Source: an uncultured Pseudohongiella sp. (GTDB lineage: Bacteria; Pseudomonadota; Gammaproteobacteria; Pseudomonadales; Pseudohongiellaceae). Taken from it: 64,000 nucleotides of DNA. This document shows, in pieces, positions 58,387 through 64,000 of this stretch. The position numbers were made by a program, and so were the translations under genes. Within the stretch, counting starts at the first letter, position 1; each line of letters begins with the position of its first letter. The notes beneath the pieces were generated by a model. That model was not told the DNA's origin. It did no database searches and saw nothing but the letters and a program-made list of their open reading frames with translations. Location of the stretch: NCBI GenBank assembly GCA_964352445.1, contig CAYGSO010000004.1, positions 8,312 to 72,311 of the forward strand, given 5' to 3'.

Positions 58387-59004
58387 TTAAAGTGCGCTTA
58401 GCTGCTCCACGCAGCCCGCCGCCCATAAAATTGTTGTGTTTGTTGTGTTCGCGCAGTCGACCCAATCATAGGGTATGTAGCGGCCCATGGTGACAACGCA
58501 GCACCACAGCACGATAGAAATCACTGCGCCAGTTCTCAGGTTTTTTGGTGCCACAGGATCGTTGTCCCAGCTGCCTGCGGCGGCTTTCAGCCTGGCATTG
58601 AATACCCATGCGTTTATAAACGCCAATACAAGCAAAATCATTTTTATTCGAAACCAGAGGCTTTGAATAGTCTCTACTGGTTTGGCATAGACAAGCAGTG
58701 CTCCAGTAATAAACATAATTACGAAGCCGATAATCATTGGCTTGTGTAATCTATGGGCAATAGTTGTCGCCGGCACATTGGGCAGCAGCCACCCCATCAT
58801 GCGGAAATCGATAACAAATAAAGAGCCGATGGAAACCATTAATGTCAGGACATGAATCGCTTCTACCCAGTTGTAGCTATAGTACCCAGACACCAACATT
58901 TGGCTGTATTGCTGAGCCTCCATCCAATGGCCAAACTGCAGTAGTAATTCGTTTATCACGTCTAACCCTCTGATCACTGTTTTATTGAATGTTGAGTGGC
59001 ACAT
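58387..59004 (-). CDS. polytopic membrane protein of unknown function (paralogue of 1714..2220)
   Basis: Motifs WVEAIHVLTLMVSIGSLFVIDFRMMGW and a C-terminal TMGRYIPY. The start is uncertain. Confidence 0.6.
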   Translation of the reverse strand: MCHSTFNKTVIRGLDVINELLLQFGHWMEAQQYSQMLVSGYYSYNWVEAIHVLTLMVSIGSLFVIDFRMMGWLLPNVPATTIAHRLHKPMIIGFVIMFITGALLVYAKPVETIQSLWFRIKMILLVLAFINAWVFNARLKAAAGSWDNDPVAPKNLRTGAVISIVLWCCVVTMGRYIPYDWVDCANTTNTTILWAAGCVEQLSAL

Positions 59005-59113
59005 TCTTGTGCAGGAAGCATAAACATCCTACTAGCCATAGTCCACAGCAAACTAGCGCCACAGGACCAATGACATTGATACAAGTCAAATACAGACCAC
59101 TTCGACGCCACAC

Positions 59114-60238
59114 TTAGCTGGCTAATTGCTTTTTACGGTATTCTGAAGGAGTTACTCCCATTAGCTCCCTAAAGGCATTGTTAAACGGAGTAATTGATTG
59201 ATAGCCCACAGTCAACGCAATAGTAAGCACTGGAAGGCCTGAATTGCGCTTATCGGCAAGGGCGCAGGCGGCATCTTCGATGCGGTATTTGTGCAGCATG
59301 GCATTGAAATTTCTAAAGCCTAACTGCTTGTGGATAAAAGCCCGCAGTCGGTATTCGGGCAGGTTTAACTTCCCTGCCAACACGGCGATAGTCAGACCTG
59401 CTTCCCTGTACAGCTGTTCATCGCGGAAAGCTTTGTTGAACCCGTCTATATCGAATACAGCAGCATTGGTACTCGCTGGCTCTTCGGCTAGTTCTGTCAC
59501 TTTGCGGATAACTGCGGTCAACGACACGTAGTCGAACCGCAGCGCCACCAGCAGCATTCCCAGAGCCAACAGCGCTATGGCATAAACGATAATTGCCTGA
59601 GCCTGGCCGTCATCGCGAGAGTCACCTGAGAGCAAAAAGTTTTCAACAAATACCACGCTGAAAATTAGCGCACCCTGAACGCCAATAATAAACCAGCGCA
59701 AGACGCGGCGATCATCTACTAAATCAGCCCGCCAGCCTTTGACAGTCCAATACATCGCTAGGGCGACAAAAACCAACTGCAATACATCCATGCTCGTGGC
59801 CAGCAGCACTGTAAAAGCATCAGCGGACAGCTCGGACTCAAACACTGCGAGAATAGTCAAACCGAAATCTATAGCTACCTGCAGACCGAATGCCACCGCA
59901 AACGGGAACGGAAATCGCTGATTCTCTTGGAAGATCAGAAAGCAATAAAGCATGAACAAACCCGATATAGAGTTGATACCGGCCGAGATCACTATTTGCC
60001 AATCGCTCAAATCGAGGCGAAATAGAGGATCGATATTGCTACCACTCATTCCGCTGATGAGATAGAAACCGATGAACACGGCCATGATAGCGAATACTTT
60101 TGCGCTCGCAGCTCGCGGTTCAGTCTTTAGGTAACCTGCAGCAAGCAGAAACACCGATAGAATTGCGACTATCTGAGCAGTAAATAGCAGAACTGGATTG
60201 GGCACAGGGAGTTCCTGAGAATTGGGCCGCTGGGCCAT
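59114..60238 (-). CDS. membrane-anchored AraC-family transcriptional regulator
   Basis: The N-terminal ~235 aa carry about seven TM helices. The C-terminal AraC HTH pair reads LAGKLNLPEYRLRAFIHKQLGFRNFNAMLHKYRIEDA...VGYQSITPFNNAFRELMGVTPSEYRK. Confidence 0.75.
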   Translation of the reverse strand: MAQRPNSQELPVPNPVLLFTAQIVAILSVFLLAAGYLKTEPRAASAKVFAIMAVFIGFYLISGMSGSNIDPLFRLDLSDWQIVISAGINSISGLFMLYCFLIFQENQRFPFPFAVAFGLQVAIDFGLTILAVFESELSADAFTVLLATSMDVLQLVFVALAMYWTVKGWRADLVDDRRVLRWFIIGVQGALIFSVVFVENFLLSGDSRDDGQAQAIIVYAIALLALGMLLVALRFDYVSLTAVIRKVTELAEEPASTNAAVFDIDGFNKAFRDEQLYREAGLTIAVLAGKLNLPEYRLRAFIHKQLGFRNFNAMLHKYRIEDAACALADKRNSGLPVLTIALTVGYQSITPFNNAFRELMGVTPSEYRKKQLAS

Positions 60239-60635
60239 TACACGGCATCGACCTTAACTGAAGATTCTGCAAAATACAAAGAATGGACGCTAAACACAAC
60301 AAGCTAAAACTACCGTTTAAATGAAGAAGTCGAATTGGCGCCTTAGCGCATTTACAGCCGAAAAAAACGAAGTTGCGGGCGCTCTATATCGGGTTTTCAA
60401 TCAGTTTCTTCAGCGCTGGCTACATTTCAAAAAAATGACAGCTTTTCAAGGTGTTACCTTTTTACCCAGCCTACCGAACGTTGGTTCGAATGCCGTTGCA
60501 CGTAGGAAATTATGCCACTATACTCGCCGTAATCGCGTCTGAGCGCCCTGGACAGTAGTGTGATTTATCTGTCAATCTTGGTCTGGAAAAGCGGTTAAAA
60601 AGAATTTATAAAAACCACATCAAGGGAGATAAACA

Positions 60636-63600
60636 ATGCGCAGAAACGTTCCGTGCAAGCGAAAAGGCTTAAGTCTGGCAGTGATGATTGCCAGTACAGG
60701 ATTGGCCTTTCCCGTAATAGCACAAGATTCTGATATCGAAGAAGTATTGGTCACGGGCTCGTTTATCCGTGGCACGCCACAAGACGCACCTTCACCTGTC
60801 ACTGTTATCGACCGCGATTCGATTCAGGAACAGGGAGCCTCGAATGTTTGGGACTTAATTCGCAACCTAGAAGTGAATCAGGGGTCGGACTCCAACGTTG
60901 CCGGCTCACCCGATGCCGGCCAGTTACAGGGCACAGCCTCAGTTAACTTGAGAAACCTAGGGGGAAACTCAACCTTAACACTCGTCAATGGCAAACGTTT
61001 CGTACCGGCCGCCGTGGTTAGCTCCTCCGGCCAAGAATTTGTCGACCTTAACACTATTCCTCTAGTGATGACCGAGCGGGTGGAAGTGCTGACCGATGGC
61101 GGCTCCGCACTTTACGGCTCAGACGCAGTCGCAGGGGTAGTTAACCTGATCATGCGTACCGATTTTGAAGGCGCCGAGCTTTTTGTTGATCAGCAAGGCA
61201 TCGAGGAATCAGGTGGCACTTACGAGCAAACTTTCAGCGGTATCTGGGGCACTAGCTTCAATGACGGCGATACCCGACTTGTGCTATCAGGCGAATACTT
61301 CGAGAGAGACCCAGTGTCACTGCGAGACTCTCAGTATTTTGATCCCGAACGCACTATTTCCACCGGCAATGTGGGCAGCTTCGACCTCAACTCACCGTTA
61401 GGTGGCGGTTTCAATCCCGCCTATCTAGACCTGCCCCTTAGCGGACAGCAGACCCAAGAGCGAATTGCTTTGGGCGAATCAGTGGGTGGCACCGCCGGTC
61501 TTATCTTCTCAGACCCGCTGTGTGAGTCTTTAGCCGGCAATTCGGGTCAGTTTTTTGTGGACAACCGCTTCTCGAACCTAGGCCGTCGTAACGGCGACTG
61601 CGTTGAAGATAACCTCGCCAATGAGTTCATCGCTCTGGGTCAAGAACGGTTCAGCGCGGCGGGAACTTTCGAACACACGTTTAGCGATGCGGCCGAATTC
61701 TACTCTTTCTTTCAGTACTCTGACCTAGAAACCGTCAGAGAATGGGACGGCACAGCATTCTCTCGCAGTTTTCACCTTTTCCTGCCACCCTCGGCACTGG
61801 GAAGTCTATCGGCGCTAGCAGGTAACGCACCTATTGGGACTGTAGGCAACAATCCTAACACTTTGGCCAACGGCGGTTTTGGCGAAGGTTTCTTCACTAA
61901 CGGCAATGCTGTTCGAACCGGATGGCCCCGCAGCAACGAAGACCTAATTACCACTAACCAAACCTCGGCCGTTCAGGCGGGTCTGCGGGGCGAACTCGAC
62001 GGTATGGGTTTTAACGACAGCACTTTACGCTACGATGTAAGTCTGTCTTGGAGCGAATCGAGCATTGAGCAAGAAACGGCAACGTTGATTCGCGATCGCA
62101 CTGAGCTGGCGATCAACGGCCTTGGCGGCCCAAACTGTACGCCTAACGGCAGCCCAAATGTAAATTTTCTCGCAGTTCCTGCGTTCGCACCAACTGCAGG
62201 ACTGTTTGCAGAAGTATTCCCAGGCTACGTGCTCAATACTCGTGAAAGCTATTCACAGGCACTCACTTCCACGAACCAAGGCCAAGACGGCTGTATGTTT
62301 TACAACCCGTTTTTGACCGCGTTGACTGATCCAAGCGTGGCCAACGATCCAGAACTGCTAGATTGGATGACCACCAGAATCAACCGCGCCGACAAGCGCA
62401 ATCAGCTTATGGTGTTCGATGCGGTCGTGTCTGGCGAGCTGTTTGAGATGAGCGGCGGTACGGCTCAGTTTGCGACCGGCGTTCAGCGCCGCGAACGTGA
62501 TGCTTCCAGCATCGCGCCGTCTATAAACGACAGCTTAACGGTAATCTCGGGCTATGAGCCTGGACTGTTTGGTGCGCCGAATCAGTTTATCGATCAAATT
62601 ACCAACAACCTTGAATGTGCCCGCTGTATCTTCAACTTTGAAGATTCTCGCAGTGTTAACGCAGCCTTCCTCGAACTGTCATTGCCTTTCATTGACAATA
62701 TAGAGACACAGGTTGCACTGCGCTGGGAAGACTACGGCGGCAACATCGGCAGCGCCCTCTCGCCAAAGGTGGCGATGAGCTGGCGTCCAATCGATGAGTT
62801 GTTGGTCCGAGGTTCTTACTCGCAGTCTTTCCGAGCGCCCAATATAGGTGTCGTTAACCAAGCCTTCGAAGCCTTCGGTGGCACCATTATCGACCCGCTT
62901 CGAAACCAGTCTGTTCGCGCCGGATTATTGCCGCCAACTAATGAAAACGGGCTTTCTAACTCGTTTTTCACAGCCGGTCAGGGCAATCCTAATTTAGGCA
63001 ATGAAACTGCAGACACCTACAACATCGGTGTGCAGTGGACGCCCGGCGGCGCACTGGACGGTTTAAGCCTAGGCGCCGATGTTTGGCGCTTTGACGTCCA
63101 GGATCGAGTGCTGCCATTAAGCCCTCGCGCCGCGGTGGATCCGGAAATTGCCGTGTTCAATACCTTGGTTAATGATCCGAGCAACTACATCCTTAACGAC
63201 TCTTTGCCTTTGGATGCGCGCGGTCCCGATGGTTTAGCGGTCGCCTGCGACCCTAATGCAATTGCTGCTCAGTTCGGCACCAATTCTAACGAGCGCTTAA
63301 ACTGTGTAGTCAATCCGGCGCTGTATCAGGTACCGGGTCTACAGCGAGATCAGACCGACACCGATGCCTCACTCATTACTATTGTCGTGCCCGCCGTGAA
63401 TAACGGCAACATTGTAGTTCAAGGGATCGACGTGAATTTCGGCTACACTTTCAGCAACGATTGGGGTAACTTCCGTTTCGCGGTGGACTACACCCACACC
63501 GATGAATTTCAGGTTAATGATATACCTGGCCTTGAACTTGGTCTGCAGGAAAGCGGTCGCTTTGATGCTGCCGGTACAGACGGTGACTCGCCTCTCGTGC

Positions 63601-63971
63601 GGGAAGTGCCTGATAACCGCGGCAACATCAGCTTCAACTGGAATCGAAACAACCACGGCGTGAGCATATTCAACCGCCACACGGGGTCTTTCGATGTGCT
63701 GGGCCACAATGAGTTTGTAAATAATCCTAACGAAGATCCAGCAGATATCGCTTTTGCCAGATCCAAAGTAGATAGTTACAACACTTGGGATATTCAATAC
63801 AACTACCGGCACGAGTGGTCTAACAGCAACTGGGGAACGTCCAACTTCACGGCAGGTATTATTGACCTGACTGATGCGGACATCCCGTTGTTTAGACGTA
63901 ACGAGTTCAACCCAACGGTGTTCGATGCCCGCGGTCGCAGGTGGTACGCAAGATTACTGTGGCAGTGGTAG
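60636..63971 (+). CDS. TonB-dependent receptor (large, 1111 aa)
   Basis: Signal peptide, a TonB-box/plug start (EEVLVTGSFIRGT) and plug motifs (NLRNLGGNSTLTLVNGKR, VEVLTDGGSALYGSDAVAGVVNLI). The beta-barrel ends in a terminal aromatic residue (LLWQW). Confidence 0.9.
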   Translation: MRRNVPCKRKGLSLAVMIASTGLAFPVIAQDSDIEEVLVTGSFIRGTPQDAPSPVTVIDRDSIQEQGASNVWDLIRNLEVNQGSDSNVAGSPDAGQLQGTASVNLRNLGGNSTLTLVNGKRFVPAAVVSSSGQEFVDLNTIPLVMTERVEVLTDGGSALYGSDAVAGVVNLIMRTDFEGAELFVDQQGIEESGGTYEQTFSGIWGTSFNDGDTRLVLSGEYFERDPVSLRDSQYFDPERTISTGNVGSFDLNSPLGGGFNPAYLDLPLSGQQTQERIALGESVGGTAGLIFSDPLCESLAGNSGQFFVDNRFSNLGRRNGDCVEDNLANEFIALGQERFSAAGTFEHTFSDAAEFYSFFQYSDLETVREWDGTAFSRSFHLFLPPSALGSLSALAGNAPIGTVGNNPNTLANGGFGEGFFTNGNAVRTGWPRSNEDLITTNQTSAVQAGLRGELDGMGFNDSTLRYDVSLSWSESSIEQETATLIRDRTELAINGLGGPNCTPNGSPNVNFLAVPAFAPTAGLFAEVFPGYVLNTRESYSQALTSTNQGQDGCMFYNPFLTALTDPSVANDPELLDWMTTRINRADKRNQLMVFDAVVSGELFEMSGGTAQFATGVQRRERDASSIAPSINDSLTVISGYEPGLFGAPNQFIDQITNNLECARCIFNFEDSRSVNAAFLELSLPFIDNIETQVALRWEDYGGNIGSALSPKVAMSWRPIDELLVRGSYSQSFRAPNIGVVNQAFEAFGGTIIDPLRNQSVRAGLLPPTNENGLSNSFFTAGQGNPNLGNETADTYNIGVQWTPGGALDGLSLGADVWRFDVQDRVLPLSPRAAVDPEIAVFNTLVNDPSNYILNDSLPLDARGPDGLAVACDPNAIAAQFGTNSNERLNCVVNPALYQVPGLQRDQTDTDASLITIVVPAVNNGNIVVQGIDVNFGYTFSNDWGNFRFAVDYTHTDEFQVNDIPGLELGLQESGRFDAAGTDGDSPLVREVPDNRGNISFNWNRNNHGVSIFNRHTGSFDVLGHNEFVNNPNEDPADIAFARSKVDSYNTWDIQYNYRHEWSNSNWGTSNFTAGIIDLTDADIPLFRRNEFNPTVFDARGRRWYARLLWQW

Positions 63972-64000
63972 CAGTTATCGCTAAGTAGTTAAGAAAACGG

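Noticed and set aside
60483-60493. ggttcgaatgc, reminiscent of a tRNA T-arm
   Set aside because: It deviates from GGTTCGAATCC, and the flanks show no acceptor-stem, D-arm or anticodon-arm pairing.
60239-60635. Possible riboswitch (for example cobalamin), Fur box or small ORF (60321..60542, 73 aa) upstream of the TonB-dependent receptor
   Set aside because: I could not find conserved riboswitch core motifs or a Fur-box-like 19-mer. The 73-aa ORF is basic, has no RBS and has no recognisable features.
63369-63812. Minus-strand 147-aa ORF (and the 85-aa ORF 63509..63766) inside the TonB-dependent receptor gene
   Set aside because: They are antisense shadows within a strongly supported 1111-aa receptor gene.
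1-64000. Scan for CRISPR arrays, transposases, integrases, phage genes, rRNA/tRNA, and obvious compositional islands
   Set aside because: None was recognised. No regularly spaced repeats, no DDE or tyrosine-recombinase-like ORFs and no RNA gene signatures were seen. The window reads as core chromosome. The one possible exception is the edge-truncated MotA-like gene.

Overview
This window reads as ordinary chromosomal DNA from a gammaproteobacterium, with gene order that partly resembles Pseudomonas. It is densely coding (about 55 CDS) on both strands. I saw no rRNA, tRNA, CRISPR array, transposase, integrase or phage genes.

Recognisable blocks:
- A copper/haem-themed stretch (1.3-8 kb): SURF1, a cytochrome c fused to a PHM/DBH-like copper monooxygenase, and CopC-like paralogues. 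A canonical copCD pair sits at 13.7-15.1 kb.
- nfsA, a class-C-like serine hydrolase and a DegP-type protease.
- A GT2 / nucleosidase-like / SPL-type radical-SAM / SDR operon (15.2-18.7 kb).
- A lipid/CoA metabolism block: ACAD, two SDRs, an enoate-type reductase and a CaiB-type CoA-transferase.
- A YtrA-type GntR-ABC operon.
- rpoS, ubiC and an OprF-like porin.
- phoR with no phoB, next to pstSCAB-phoU with a Pho box, then convergent ppk/ppx.
- bfd-bfr and feoAB sharing a divergent promoter with a Fur box. A GT-C glycosyltransferase follows feoB.
- A LadS/RetS-like 7TMR-DISM hybrid kinase plus an orphan ExeA-like ATPase, then cysE and PIN-PhoH (PhoH2).
- A membrane-anchored AraC regulator and a large TonB-dependent receptor.

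Best leads for something undescribed:
1. A gene missing from the ORF track that runs off the left edge. It encodes a minimal MotA/ExbB-like channel head with a long coiled-coil tail, which is a ZorA-like architecture.
2. The cytochrome c-copper monooxygenase fusion and its secreted partner.
3. The radical-SAM/nucleosidase/GT2 operon.

All family calls come from motif recognition by eye. No searches were run.
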